A DNA stretch of 64,000 nucleotides from Lama guanicoe (GCA_013239625.1 MU053652.1:8940077-9004076); one strand, 5' to 3'; positions 1 to 14,319 are shown, counted from the first letter of the stretch. The notes: a model not told the origin generated them from the sequence alone. A program made the numbers and translations.

Positions 1-195
1 TAAGAAAAATTAGAAAACCCTATTAACATTCAAAATAGGATATTCATTAAATACATTATGGTATCATCACACAATGGAATACGATGCAGCTGTTTAAAAA
101 GATGGTGGGAGATCTATGTTCATTACATAGTATTATGATCAAAATATAAGGAGTGAGAAAATTGCATTAAGAGCATTTTGTATAGTGAAAAATAA
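1..195 (+). mobile_element. Old L1 (L1ME/L1MC-like) 3' fragment
   Basis: The stretch aaatacattatggtatcatcacacaatggaatacgatgcagctgtttaaaaa resembles the end of L1 ORF2. It is highly diverged and the boundaries are approximate. Confidence 0.5.
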
Positions 196-402
196 AAAAC
201 CCGTCTTGGCACACTCCTTGTCTTGTGCCTAGAATCAGAAAATCAGTACTGGGTAAGCAGCAGAGAGACTCACATGTGTTGTCCTGCAAAGGAGCAGCAC
301 GAAAGAGAGAAAGGGAGAATTAAGGGGAAGAGTTTATATTTGCTGTCTGGAAAAGGAAAAGGCAAGTAATCATAGGAACACATGAACCTCATTGGAATTC
401 TT

Positions 403-491
403 TTTTTTTTTGTATATGCATATGTATTTTTTTATTGAAGTATAGTCAGTTTACAGTATGTTAATTTCTGATATACAGCATAATGCTTCAG
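403..491 (-). mobile_element. Short 5'-truncated L1 3' end with TSD
   Basis: Poly(T) followed by ttattgaagtatagtcagtttacag, the reverse complement of an L1 3' terminus. Flanked by tcattggaattctt (389-402) and tcattgcaattctt (492-505), 13/14 identical. Confidence 0.75.
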
Positions 492-711
492 TCATTGCAA
501 TTCTTAACACACATCTTATAATACAGTTTTTTATTTTAATTTTGAATTACAAATGGAATGGGACACCCTAATTATTTCTGTTCTTAGAACTTTTGAAGTT
601 CTTAATTTGACTCTGTGCTAGATCTGTCAGACCCCATAGCACGTCAGAGTTGAAGGATACAGAAAGAGGTTCATGCATACTCCCTCTCAGTGCAGAAGCC
701 CCCTCTCCTAA

Positions 712-2511
712 TATTCCACTAAAGGCAAAACTATAAAGATTACAAACAGATTAATGATTGCCGTAAGTTCAGGGTCAGGGAGGCTTCAATAGGTGAAGCC
801 AAGGAGCAGCGAGACTGTACTGGTAGATGTAGAACATTATGCATTTGTCAAAACCTAACTTTATCACACAAAATTTGAACCAGAAAGTATGAAAAATTTT
901 TTAAAAATCAATTAGGGTATTATGGGATCCCAGGATGGAAAGGAGACTATGATAAAACAATCTAACTATTTATTACAAATGTGTGGAATAATGTCACTGA
1001 AAAAGATGAGAGAAAAAGTGCTGATCTGAGTAACTTTTGAAATGAGTGGAGTCTGTAAAAGTAAGGAAAAAAGGAACTGTACGTAAGCACTGTACTCTGG
1101 TTGATAAAGTCTTTTCTCATGGGTTAACAATTCAGAAACCACTGTATATCGCTTCTCAGCCTTTTGGCTAAGATCAAGCATCGTGTCTTTTCTTATCAGA
1201 AACCACTATACATTTATAATGGAGTTGAACAATTAAGCAAAGGGTGGTGGTTGGTGGGAGCCAGGTTTCTCACGGAGTGAGACATTGTAGACAAACAAGA
1301 GGAGGAGACCAGAATGATCCATGTGGCAGTGAACTGGAGCTGGAGACATCAATGTGAACTTGTCTTTAGCTTAATATAGATTGAGCTGGTTGCATACAGA
1401 AATACTGTCAGATATTAGATATATGTGTATGCATGGGTTAGTATATACACATATATTTCCTTGGTTAGCTGGAAGAGCCTGGAAGCAATGACACTCCAGT
1501 AGCAATAAGCACACCTGGTACCCAGATCTTAGTCTCTGATCGCCAACAAAATGAATCAGGATTCCTTGGAAGAATGGCTGATACTGGGACTGGGGCAGGA
1601 AACACAAGATGAGCCTGGAGCATCTCAGATATATGTGTTAGAAGGTGAGGAAGTGTTTTAAAAGAAAAACCCACAATGGTAGGGGGTATGTTAAAGGGAC
1701 CAAGGAGGTAACCAAAGGAGCTCCCAGGGGCCTGAGCTACAGTAACTTGAGCAACCAAATAAATCAGGTAGTTAGGTATTTTCTAACCAAGGTGTAAAAT
1801 ACCTGACATAAGTAAGCCCATACTGGCGTAACTAAGTGACTGAATAAATAAACAGGGGGAAAGAGAATTCTCCCAAGCAGAATTCCAAACAATTAATGTA
1901 GATGCTTTACTTCCAAGGAGATGGTATAACTCCCCGTGCCTTAATGCTGTGCATAGTGACCGCCTTCCAAAGAGCACAGTGTGAAAAGGAGGGTCGGGAG
2001 ATTTGATTTATCAGGGAGAAAGCTGACAAATAAATACCTCGGCCGGTTAATTGAGGTCAACATCACCAGTGATAAATTATATTGATAGCATTTACTCTTG
2101 ATAAATACTATGTGGTCTTTTTTCCAGAAACTTGTAATTCCAGTCTAATCATGAAAAATACATCAGACACATCCCAGTAGAATATCTGACCAGTACTCAG
2201 AACTGTCAAGAAACAAGGAAAGTCCTAGAAATTGGCAGGAGGCGGCTAAGGAGACAATGACTAAATGCATGTAATGTGATCTTCTGGATGGGATCATAGA
2301 ACATAAAAAGGGTATTAGGTAAAAACTAAAAAAATATGAATAAAGTATAGGCTTTGTATCAGTATTTGTTCATTAATTGTACCAGATATATCATACTAAT
2401 GTAAGATGTTAATAATTAGGGGAAACTCGGTGGGGAGTAAACCTGAACTGTCTATGCTATCTTCACAATTTTCCTGTAAATCTAAAATTATTCTAAAATT
2501 TAAAAAAAAAA
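712..2511 (+). mobile_element. L1MC-type (L1MC3-like) long 3' UTR fragment
   Basis: Recognisable L1MC motifs: aaaggcaaaactata, cattatgcatttgtcaaaacc, and the terminal aatgtaagatgttaataattaggggaaact...tgtaaatctaaaattattctaaaat plus an A-tail near 2500-2511. Confidence 0.7.
1148..1199 (+). pseudogene. 3'-truncated (tailless) U2 snRNA retropseudogene, U2 nt 1-52
   Basis: ATCGCTTCTCAGCCTTTTGGCTAAGATCAAGCATCGTGTCTTTTCTTATCAG matches the U2 5' end at 46/52 positions. Flanked by direct repeats tcagaaaccactgtat (1132-1147) and tcagaaaccactatac (1196-1211). No poly(A) tail. Confidence 0.92.
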
Positions 2512-3064
2512 TTAAGGGCACTTGACTAGGACTTAATATCCAAGTTTTAATTCCTTTTATGCCTTTTTTCTTGGGTAAACAACCCTACTCTGGAGAGGAG
2601 TTCCTGTTGCAGTTACACAGTTCATGGCTGCATTATAGACCCTTGGAATGTGTATGGTGGCAAAAACCTTAGGCATATGAGAAAAGCAAGACCTGGAGGT
2701 GGTGAGTCTGTTCACCTGTTCAGGAGTAACTTAGATGAAGGGAACTTTGACCTGAGAGAGGGAATGTTGGTATATTAGATATAGGACCAGCATGAAAATG
2801 TTCACATTAGCTTTACAGATGGGAACACTAGCCCAAGGCCAAACATTCAGTTGAGTTAAAGCAGTATATTAAAGCTGATCTCCCACAAAAAATATTGCTT
2901 CCCTATAAGGTAGGGAAGATGGAGCTCAGAGCAATGTGTGCTAAAAGTGTGAAAAATCATGTGAGATTGTAATGTAAGGTAACTGCTGAAAACAAACAAA
3001 CAAAACAAAACTGCAAGGTAGTACGGACATGTGGAGGCAGCACAACAGAGAAGTGACAAACTCA

Positions 3065-3320
3065 AAGTCAGGAGCCAGCTTGCCCGTATTTAAACACTTG
3101 CTCCCTCACTTCATTTAATATTTGCATGACCTTGGGCACCAGTTTCTTTTTTTTTTAACAGCTTTGTTGAGGTGTAATTGATCTATTAAAAACTGCACGT
3201 ATTTAATGCATACAGTTTGATGAGTTTGAACATATGCATATACCTGTGTGGACACCAATTACTTTATCTATACAATGGACATAGAATTATACCACTTCTA
3301 GGCTTCTTGTAAATATAAGC
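3065..3320. mobile_element. MIR-like fragment interrupted by a short minus-strand L1 3' end (about 3146-3249)
   Basis: MIR-like tgcatgaccttgggca and tatctatacaatgg lie either side of poly(T)+aacagctttgttgaggtgtaattga (L1 3' end, reverse). Degenerate TSD ggcaccagtt / gacaccaatt. Confidence 0.55.
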
Positions 3321-6300
3321 ACTGTAAAAGTAAGCATTTTTCAGGATTCCTGGGTTGAAATTAGTAATCAATAAATTTTCATTGTCATCATACATTATTA
3401 TTGATTATAATAAATCGAGTGTCCAGATTCTAAAACTAATCATTCTTCTCGGTACTATCTTGTTCCCATCTGTGTTATGGTGGGTGAGTCCATCTATAGT
3501 CTTTTAAAAATAACGTATACTTTTTACTTTCCTTGCTGTTGTAGACAGCAGCCAGCGTAGTTAAGGGAATCTAGAAATAATGGCTTAGGAAGAAACAAAG
3601 GGAAATCGGATGTTACCCTTGAGGGAGGAAAAACCTGAGACAAGAGAGTCCTGTTTGATATACGGAGTTCCCACTTAGAAGAAGAAGCATCAGTCTGTAT
3701 TTATCAAGTGGATAGAACTAGGGACAGTGACTAAAATCTAGCGAGAGGCAGAACTAAAATCAGTGTAAGAAAAAAAAACCTGTTTAAAAAATTAAAGTTG
3801 TTCACAAGGGTAATACACTATAGTCGTAGTTACGGCACTGTTTTGCCAGATGTGGTACTGAGGATTTCTGCATTATGTAGGAAACACTGCCAAATGGCAT
3901 TTAATATTTGAAAGGACATTTTAAAGCCCTTTGCAGCTCTTCTGGTGGGATTTTGTTCTATAGGTCATAGAAGTAATTGGCCATTTTGGGGTGGGTGTAT
4001 ATGGGTCCAGTGCCTGTTGAAAACTAGCTTGTTAACATGACAACACACGTTGCATGTGATCTCTGCTGGACAGTGCGATGACACAGCTGGAGAGCTGGAG
4101 GACATGAGGAGGGTCACTGTGACTAAGAACAAGGCAGCTCCCCACTGACTGGCTGTTTGGTGCTGGTGCCTGACTCCAGTTGTCTGTCCTGGCAAGATGC
4201 AGATGGCTTATCTTTCTCTTGTCTTCATTAATAATTCTCTCAAATGTTCTCTCCTTATTGTGACACTTGCCAAAGATCTCTAGTCTTCCAGCTCCCCTAA
4301 AATGTGGCTTACATTCGGTTCTGTACTGTACAGGCTCAGTGTGGAGTCCAGGATCTCCATTCAAGTCCCACCTTTGCCCACTACTGGCAGTCTGACTCAC
4401 GGGCTTCCATGTTCCCACCTGTGCCCTGAGGATACAGGTGTCATCCCTGTGCTGTCTCCTTCTCGAGGTTCTTGGGAGGATTCAGTGAGCACATTAACGT
4501 GGAAGTGCTTTGTAAGTGTAAAGCACTATTGAAATAAATGGGATTGTTATTGCTTCTCCCCGGAATGATGTTTCCTGCTCCCATGCGTTCCTCTGCAGTT
4601 TCCACCCCCTGCTTCAGAACATGACCATTTTCCAAAAGAAACATGATTTGTTTTCCACGGGGTGAAAAATATTAGATTGCTCTTCATTTATTTTCCTCGT
4701 GTTTTAGAATAGTGAGTACATTGCATGTATCAATGGTGACTTTAAAGGGTACGGCCAGCCAGCCAGGGACGGTGCTGTTTTCCCTCCTTCCTTTGTTCCG
4801 GTATTGTTTATTACTTAATGAGGCCACCTGAATACTCAGTGCTTTACGTCAGAATAAGAGCCAGGCAGAACACAGGGAATGGAGCACCTGCCCACGGGGA
4901 CATGTTCACCTGGAGAGGCAGAGATCCGCACCAGCACCCGATTAAAGTCTCCCCTCGTAGGAGCAGCGGAGGTTGCCTTTTGTCCTTCCTAAATCAGTGC
5001 TTTGCTTCTCTCATCTTTAGTCCTTTGGTTTTTTTGTCTGTCTGGTTCTTCTCATAGAAGGTAAATCCATGGACCGCCTCTGAACTCTGACATCCTAGCA
5101 TCCTCAGGTCTCCTCGAAGCCAAAATCTGAGCGATTACAAATTAGAACTGAGTAACTCAATCTCAGTCGACCTAAATTGTAAAAGCTACATAAAATAATA
5201 CCCACGGCATTTTAATTTCACTTCTTCAAGCCTTCAGTGTAGGTTCTGTAGTTGACATCATAGCAACTGTAGGTAGATGACAGAAAGGTTACTGAACAGT
5301 GCTATGAACCGGGAGATTTACTAACTTCATTGTCATATAATCATGACTCATGAAAATGATGATCTAAAGCTAGTGTGTGTACACATATTAGCACTTTCTT
5401 TGTCTGATACTCCTGTATCAGCAGCTATTCCTCAATAAACTCTGAGCTGTTACAATTTTAATAGATGAGAAGTAGCAGGAGAGATAGTAGGTGTTCATGG
5501 TCTCACATGGGAAAACCATAGTAAGATGACAATTAGCCCATAATTCTCAGGTGAAAATCAACCTGCCTCTTTTCCTTGAGTATTTCAGGCTAATATCTTA
5601 AACTATTATTCAGTATTCCTTTTAACCTTGGAAGGTTTTCCCTAGTAATTCAACAAAAGTATTTGAACATACTAATACATTAAAGATGTCAGTACTTAGA
5701 AGAAATAGTGTGACACATTCTGGTGAACTTTAAGGATGAAAACAATATGGCTACATAAGTTACAGGAGCATCGATGATAGCAGGTTCGGACGTAAGACAC
5801 TCTCACAGCATGTGGGAGGAGTCTGCTTTTACTGCCTGTGAGCAGGTAGAAGACCCTTAACCAGGACAAGAACTCTGGTAATGGGACCTTCTCCCTTAGA
5901 ATGTGAGAGTGAATGAAACACATACTTAAAACATACATGTGACAAGCTCCAAGTCTGAGAGATGTTTTCAAAAGAATGTGGATTCCATTATCTTTAATTC
6001 AGAATTTTCTGCTTCCCAATTTGGAGTCAAAATGCATAATAGTATAAATTAGTGGAATTTTGAATACTGCTACATTTAACAAAGTTCCAGAAAGGTGACT
6101 GTGGTCACTTCACTGCTTGAAATAGTAGTTTGGAGTTCCATTCATTGTTTTTAAAAAATTAGATAAACTATTACTAGAAAATCTTGAAAATTGTATATCC
6201 TTGTGGCTTTTTCATTGTTTACATAAATCATTCCTCTTCCTGGGCTTACAGAATATTTCAGTTGAAATAAAACTAATGTGAAGGCTTTAGTTCTGTTTGT

Positions 6301-9300
6301 TTCCTTTTGCTTTTCTGTGTGAATATAATTTTTCTACTTTGTAGAAAATGTGATAAAAAAGTATATATATTTTACAACATAATCATAGCTATACTCAAAA
6401 CTTTCTCCTTTTTTTTTTGAAGTATTTGAGAACATAAAACTTACACTATCCCAAATGCTTCTAAGAGGTTTAACTTCAAGAACATTTTCATTCAAATAAA
6501 AAATATAGAAATTACTGCCTAAATGCCAAAGTAACAGAATATATTAAACAATAAGAGAAAATATACATGGTTAGCAGTACCTGGGATAGGTTGTATGTTT
6601 GCAGAATTATGTCCTGTATTCCCTGACAATCAGTTATAGACCAGTCCTGAATCTGAAATGCCAGGGTTGAAATATAAATTGTTCCTATCACAATTTCAAA
6701 TCGAGACGACATGCTATGATTTTAAATCTTACGAGGTCTGTTTTTCTAATGGTAATAATGATCAGGCGCAGGATTTCATTTATGAAGCATGCACATTATC
6801 GTCCATCAGGATATCTCAGATCCGCTCTTGATTGTTTCTTCAAGGCAAACTCTCCCAGGTTATGAGACTTACGCTTTCAAATTAAGTCAATTATACAGTA
6901 GCTTCTATTAATCTTTGAGACTGGAATAGTATATTTAAAAAGTTGTCTCCTCGTTAAACAGGCACCATGACAGTGTTTACATAGCGTGTTGTTAACCTCC
7001 TGAGGGAGGTTAAGCAGCTTCTTCTGTATCTAAATCTGTAGCTGCGAAAATGACTGCACCTTGCACCCACCTACCCGTGAATGGGGAGAGGGAAGACGCG
7101 CACCTGTGGGATTAGGTGTAGCAGCAGGAAGTAAGAGCATTTGCAGCGTGTAATTAACAAGGGGTTTTTTCCCTCCCTTTTTAAAATGGCATGTTCATCT
7201 CGCTCAGTTAACTAGTGATTAATGCTCGAAAAAAATTTGCTGGAGTCTGCACCCTTCCTAAAGCTCACTGACTCGCTGGTGTATTCTGTTAACTTACACA
7301 GCCAGTCAGAGGAACTCACCTTCCCAGGCTTCATGCCCATGCATATTCACTGATTTCTTTATGTTCATAGGGGATTTATTTTTACATGTTTGTGTCCTTT
7401 TGCTATAACTCTGTTAGCCAAATTCTGTTTTCTGAACCAAATTAGAAGTAGTCTAGGAAGGCTTATCTTGACTTAGAGATTACCACCCTCACAAACAAAA
7501 CGGAGAGGTTAGCGCTGAGTGAACCGAGGATCTCAAAGGTTTAAAGGGGAGAAGGAACCACAGCACCTGCTCTCTCTTCATGGTGTTTCATACATAATGT
7601 GCTTGCTGCGTGGTATTTAATTGTTATTTTCTTGTTTGTTAAGAACTATAGTTTAATTGCCAGCAGAGAAGAGATTTCTAACTGTAGCTCTTTAGAACAC
7701 AATATTCTTGATAAAAAAACTCACCCAGATCTACAGTTGTTGGAGTTTAGCAGACTGCTCCTTTACTACGGCTGGGGGACACCTACTTGCACCAGAATGT
7801 TTAGTGATATTCTGTCTGGTCAATGCAATCACATGCATTCTTTTCATCTACAGACCAAAAAACAAAAACTTAATAGTGTATTCTTTTTTTTTTTTTTGCT
7901 TTTTAACTAAGCTCCATTTCCTAGTAAAAATAACTTGTAATAATGGAATTAGATGCAGTGACTTCCAAAGTATGTAAATTTTCCTGCCATTAAAGTCTTT
8001 GCACAAAGGAGCATTGAACCAGTGATAATGTCTCCCAACCAAACACATTTGTACTATATGTAGAAACTGTTTAAAAGGAAAATTACATCTTTTTTTCAGC
8101 CATTTATCAGAGATAATTACCCTTCATACACCAGAGAAAGGATAAAGTGTCTTAAAGAACTCTAATTCTAATTGGTAAATGTCACCAGCTGTTGCAGTTA
8201 CTCTTACTTGTGTATATTTTTTTAATGATTATAGTCTCGTGCCACAAGCTACATGAAAATATATTCACTAGGTGTGAAGTTCCCATATGTCACAGTTTCA
8301 AGAATAGGTAAACAGCTCAAAGATAAAAGAAGAAATAATGCTAATGAGGAACGTTAAGAGCTGTAGGTTTTGTTTTCTAGGCAAGTGGATCTTACTTTGC
8401 CAAAGGGGAGAAAGTGTAATTTCACAAAGAAAAAGACAGAAACACTTAATTTGTTGACATAAACTTCTAAATGAGCTTTCTCTTACACCCCCAACTAGAG
8501 ATGCTTCCTTTCTTAGAATGGTTGTAGAACTGTCTCAAGTTTATACAGATTTCAGTATTATATAGCCTTTGGAACTGCCAAAGGGAACAGCCTTGAGTTC
8601 TCTTTTAGGCTTAAAGCGTTTGTTAGTTTTAGATGGTGGAAGATAAACTCTTCCTGGACAGTGTTTCATGATGTCTTATGTTATCTTGAAAGCGATCAAG
8701 GAAACAAAAAAGAAAAATTACCTTACAGTCTATGGCAAGTGTTGAAAATCACTATTCTCCATTCCTCCTGGCTGCAGCTCTGTTTCCAGTGATCTGATGG
8801 GTCAAGTGATTGACTCAATTAAACGTCTAAGCATACCCTTTCGAAAGGCAGAAATAAAGATGGGGTTGGGGTGGGAAGAAATGGTGGAGGAGGCTAGCCT
8901 CTCATTTGTCTGTTCTCAGCTCTCCGTCTAGCTGGGCTGTGCCCACCTGCCTTGGTATTCTGTGTATCGCAGCATTTTGTTTGCAGGCACCTGGCTGAAA
9001 TTCAGGTACTGAGCTAACTTGTAATCCTGTGTAGAAAAGTGTTCTGTCATTTTCACTGTGTGGCCAGGATGTTTGCTGAATGTCCCTGTTTTCAATATTC
9101 TGACAAAGTTTGAGAGTCATGGAGAGAAATCCTTATCTTATACGTTAGTTGTCTTCAGTTGTTAATAGTAGTCAGTAATCGTGCACAAATTACCCTGCCT
9201 CTTCACTGGGAAAACTGATGTATAACACCCCTCGCCCCCAAAGAAAAAAATTACCTGGGTTTCTCTTGATTACCCTTGTAATTATTTCAACTTTCAAACA

Positions 9301-10859
9301 TTGCTTCTGAGAATTATGTAGAAAAATAGTGAAGGCATGAATTTGGTGAGTTGTCTCCATTAGGTTTGGAATATATTTCCTGCATTGTGTATCGACACCC
9401 TTGAAGGAAAGACCAGTGAAGACATTTATATAAATAGTTGTCTCAAATTATAACTCGTGACAGATTTTGTTATATCAAGATTATATTTGGAAGGATCCCT
9501 AAATTTATGTGATATGCATTTCCCTTTAGGCTAAATATAAGAACAGTTAGAACTTTGTGATTTTTATTGCCCAGAAATAACTTTGTTACCAAAAATTTTA
9601 TTTTATTTTATTAATGATATATGTCCTATGTCTATACTGTGTGCTGGTGAAGAGATGGGCAGTTTTATGATTCTACATAAAATATAATCCTCAGGGGAAA
9701 AAAAAAGATAAGAACTGTCTGACCTTCATTTAAGGAAACATCACTCGGATGTATGTCTTGTTTTTCCTGCAGTAGTAATTGTTAAATGATCCATATCCTC
9801 TTTCACCCGATTTCCTTGTATTATTTACTTTTGCAAAAGGAGTCTGTTGATGGAGGTTATAAGTGCATCCGGTAGCTATGAAATGATACAAGGCTGACTG
9901 ACTTACTTGGTCCTCAGTTCTACCGTTTCATCATTATTCATGCCAGAGTCTAATTAAATGAATAACTCAGTACAGATTGTGGGTCAACCCCAGGTGTAGA
10001 TTATACGAATAATCTAGCCCCGCTATGTGAAACTCAAGAAAGAACTAAAGATAAGTTTAAAAGGGAAACTCTTCAAGAGCCATTCAGGTTTTTGTTCCAT
10101 CCTGGTGCTGATCGTGGAGACTCTAGAGCAAGGAGGAATCATGTTCGTTGCCCAATCTCCTCTAACATTCGAAGACATCAAATTTTGGATAAATTTGGAA
10201 AGTTATCTAATCCACGCCTTTGGCCCTTCACAGGAGACTAGTTCATCGATGCTCTTACTGCATTTCTAAAATAATAGGTATCATTAATAAATATGGATGA
10301 GTAGAAGCAATGGATAGTCCACAAAATTTTGGTGGACGTTTCACTTTGGAAAGCATATAATGTTTTTTTGCTCAATATCTTCCTAATAAGAACATTTAGT
10401 TTATGGTCCTTGAGCACCTATAGTAGTTGAGGAAGATGACCCAAGAAAAGCTAACTTTTAAAAAAATAGCTATGGATAAACCAGAGATGATGCAAAGTGA
10501 ATCGTATTTGCTATTAGAAAATGACTATTGCATGTGGCAATTTTTTGAAAATTTTACTCATTTATGCTGCTTGGCATATTGACCTTGCAAGCTAGCCATT
10601 TAAAAAATATATATATCTACTGGCTTACAGCCACATATTTCTAATCACTTGAATAGTGATGAACAACTGTGACCTGAAGTTGTATTTACTTTAATTATGG
10701 AACTTGAAGGGACCCATTGCTGATTTGGTCTTAAGCATATTTTTCTAGTTTAATTTTTGAAATAATATGATGAATGATTTTCTAGGGTCATGTTTAAATA
10801 CTGTTTTCACAATCAAGACCTGATGTTGTTTTATTCCCTGTGCTTTTCCTTCACAACAG

Positions 10860-10967
10860 AAACCAGGAATGGACCTGGCAGACACCTATATTATGTTTGT
10901 TCGGCAAAACCAGGATATTCTTCGAGAAAAGGTCAATGAGGAAATGTATATAGAAAAGCTGTTTGAT
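10860..10967 (+). CDS. CADPS2: CADPS2 (CAPS2) third-to-last coding exon, [36 protein letters not shown]
   Basis: Polypyrimidine tract plus CAG acceptor (AG 10858-10859), 108 nt, phase 0/0, GTAAGT donor. The peptide matches the CAPS2 C-terminal region and joins the next exon in frame. Confidence 0.96.
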
Positions 10968-13310
10968 GTAAGTAACTACCCTTGCAAAGCATGCTGGCGT
11001 TACAGATACACCGTGAAGGGGAAAGTTGCATTTTGATGGTATGTCTGCAAAGCAGACTCTGCTTTTTTGATCCTTTTGTCCTCTACGCAGCTCATACAAT
11101 TGATGGTTGTATTTCTTTGACTGCTGACAGCAGCCTTAATTGGCTTCTTTTTGTACTTGAAAACTGTCACTGTTAGAATGAGAGTCTCAAAATCCTTCCA
11201 AGGTTAATTTTAACAAGTAAGATGATAACCAGTTTGCCGTTGTATACAGCATCGTATCACGTGCCTTTGCAGCTGTCCCTGAACAGAACTACGTTGTAAT
11301 GGATTTGGCCCCTACCGTACAAGTTCTTCTTTTATTAAGTCAATATGATATTCTTCATTTAATCAAAGAAACAAGCTGCAGTACAGCCAAATATCTGCCA
11401 CTGTACTGTTAGTGCACATTTTCATCCTGATTTCCAGTACTGATGCCTGCTAACAGACAGAACATTGCAGTTGTATCGTGAAAGTCTGTCTCCACTGAGG
11501 CATGGCTGCTCCTAGACATGGGAGGCTGTGATTTTTAGATGCCGTGATCAGCAAGCTTCATTCAGTGAGGACCTATCAAAGAGACTAAGAGAGCGGTCCA
11601 TTCCAGTGACAATGTCGGCACTCAGTTGTAATTATTTAATTGTCAGTTCGAAGGAAATGGTACTTGGCTTGTGACAGAACTTTGCCCAATTCACTACAAT
11701 GCTGATCCTGAAAGGTAATATTCGCTTTGAACTATATTTCTTTCTGTACATGGTCTCTGCATTTTAGAAACGCTTTTCTGGCAGTTTCATTTAATTATGC
11801 AAGTTACTGCAAATGTTTTCATAACAGCAATTCACGGGCTTCATGGTAACACTTCAGCTGTGGCAGCTACAGAAGGTCCTGCTACGTCAGCATCTCCACC
11901 ATGGTCTGCCGTGTCCGTGGTTGCTGTTTGGCAGTTTGGGTGGTCAAAATGAGCCTTCTTTCTCGTACTTTATGTTTCTAGCCTCTACCCAGGCTGTTTT
12001 ACAATAAAAGTATCATCTGTTTTAATAAGCTAAGTGTTAATATGTGTGAAAAGAATGATTTCCTAAAAGCTTTGATGCCCTGCAGGGGTAGAAAAATTAT
12101 CATCCATCCAGCTGGCTCTTTTACAAAAACTGAAACCATGTTAGCAACTTCTGCTTCCATTTGGTATTGCTCCGAATTTACATGCATATGTTTCCCTTCC
12201 AACTTTCCTTTGACTTTTTTTTTTATTTTTAGTTTTTGCTTATGCGGTGATTTTCAAAAATGTTGAACAGAAAAGGAAAGTTGAGTTGATGTTATTCCCA
12301 ATATGTTTCTTCTCAGTATAGCTAAAGTACATCTTCTGTGGTGAAAAAATGGTAGAGTCATTCTGGAAATAGGCCACCGTAGATAGCGGGGGGTGTGTGT
12401 GAATGTGTCCGTGTGTCCTAACATCTTCAATTTTTTGTCTTGGGAACCTACTGACTACAAAGCTTGCCATCAGTTTGTAACAGGGTAGACTTCTTTCTTC
12501 ATAAAGATATTCCCCACTTCAACGCCCCTTCATTCACCAAACTTCTTGTGAAGACTTTCTGGCGGGGAGCGGGCAACAATAACAAATGGCACTAAGACCA
12601 AAGTGGATGCCAGGAGGACAACATTAAAATGATGTGCTGGATTAATCGTCCTGGCTGTAAGGATATACTTTTCTTTCCATGCCAAAGCATCGCACATGGC
12701 TGTGGCTTTGCTTCCAAAAGGAACCCTTGACAGGCAACCTTACTGTTCTGTTTGCAAAGGTTTTGTCATTTTTTGCATCTCCCCAGCAGGACACTGGACT
12801 TGTTATTTGTAAAATAGTTATAATGTCCTTAAACATTCTAATATTTTTAACTTGAACATTTTTATTATTATAATTAAAAATTAAAAGTAGACTCTAATTC
12901 TATTGATATGTCATCAAAAGTATACTATATGAGGGGGTAACTAAGAGCCCCTAATTAACCAAGACTGAATTTGCCTCAATTACAGTTAGTAAATGAGAGG
13001 TTATCAAGTATGTGTTGAAAGGTAAAGTAGAATGTGTATCTTAAGCGACAAATCATTACTGAGAGACGTTACATAATTATTGGAAATCCACTTGGCTGGA
13101 GCTTAGAATAAAATTGTTAGGTATCAAGAAACGGTTGAGAATGATGACCCTATAAATATTATTAGCAGCCTTACTCTATTACAGATAAAAGATTGAAGAG
13201 AACAATTTTTTTCAGGCATCATGATAAACTTTTGCTATTCTAATTAGTTTCCTGCGTAAGTAAGGAAATGGAGCCTCCTACTTTCAGATGCAGAGGAAAA
13301 TGCATGCGTG

Positions 13311-13316
13311 CACACA

Positions 13317-13353
<37 letters not shown>
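13311..13353. repeat. (CA)n microsatellite
   Basis: About 16 perfect CA units at 13321-13352 plus an interrupted run just upstream. Confidence 0.97.
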
Positions 13354-13355
<2 letters not shown>

Positions 13356-14319
13356 CAGCGAGTCAATACTTAGTGATTTTAACCAACCCAGAGAAGAGTA
13401 CAGAGGCTTCCAGTTTCTGGTGATGCAATTTAGAGCCTAACTCCTTCTGAAAGATAAGCTTTTTCCCCAGATGAAATTCGCTTCATTTTGGAAACATCAC
13501 ACATAGCAATATTTTCATATAAAACAATTATTCTGTAAAACATCCATCCTGCCTCCAACACCAACACTTCAAAAAAAGAACTCATGTGTTTTACTAAAAC
13601 TCTTTTTCTCCGTGATGCTCTACGTATGGAAAAGGCTGTTGAAAATTCTGTGATGCTTTCCCTGAGAGTAGTAATTAATTACTTGTGGTGATCCTGACCT
13701 CCAAAACTTTTTGAGCACTATAGCATCTTAATTGTCCCTTATATTTGTAGCAAATTTCCTAAAGATTCTATTTAAATAAATGTACCAGTGACTGAGGACC
13801 GAAAAAAAATGACCACTGCCCTAGATTTGTGTCCATCGTTTTGGGGATGCACCTACGAAGGAGAATGGTACCTCCCACAGTGGTCCACATAGCCCGCCCA
13901 GCCATACGTCATGAGCTGACTTCCTGAGCATCCTTCACTGCTAATGTTATTGTTCTAGCCTCTGTGGGAAATAGTTTTGTTTCTCAACTTAAGTGTATTA
14001 AGAGTGGGCTGATTAAAATCTGAATTATCTTAAAGGCCATAAATAGGATAATCTTAAACTTCTTCATCAAACCTTGAAATATTAAAACTAAAAGTGTCAT
14101 TTGAAGATCAAAACAGTTAATATTAGGATAAATATCAGGACATTCTGCTTTACTCCATAAGTGGTTAAACTTATAAAACACTTCCTGCTTAAAACAGAAA
14201 TGGCTTCAAAAAAGGGTGATGACAGATCCCTGTTAATAGAAGGAACCAATTTTGTTTAAGGTACTTCCCTAATCTTTTCACATTATCAAAATACTAATAA
14301 TAGCTTTAGCTGTCATCAT

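Noticed and set aside
2730..2752. gatgaagggaacttt (DEGNF), superficially like the CADPS2 YDEGTFF motif
   Set aside because: The flanking codons do not match CADPS2 and there are no suitable splice sites. The preceding CADPS2 exon appears to lie upstream of the window.
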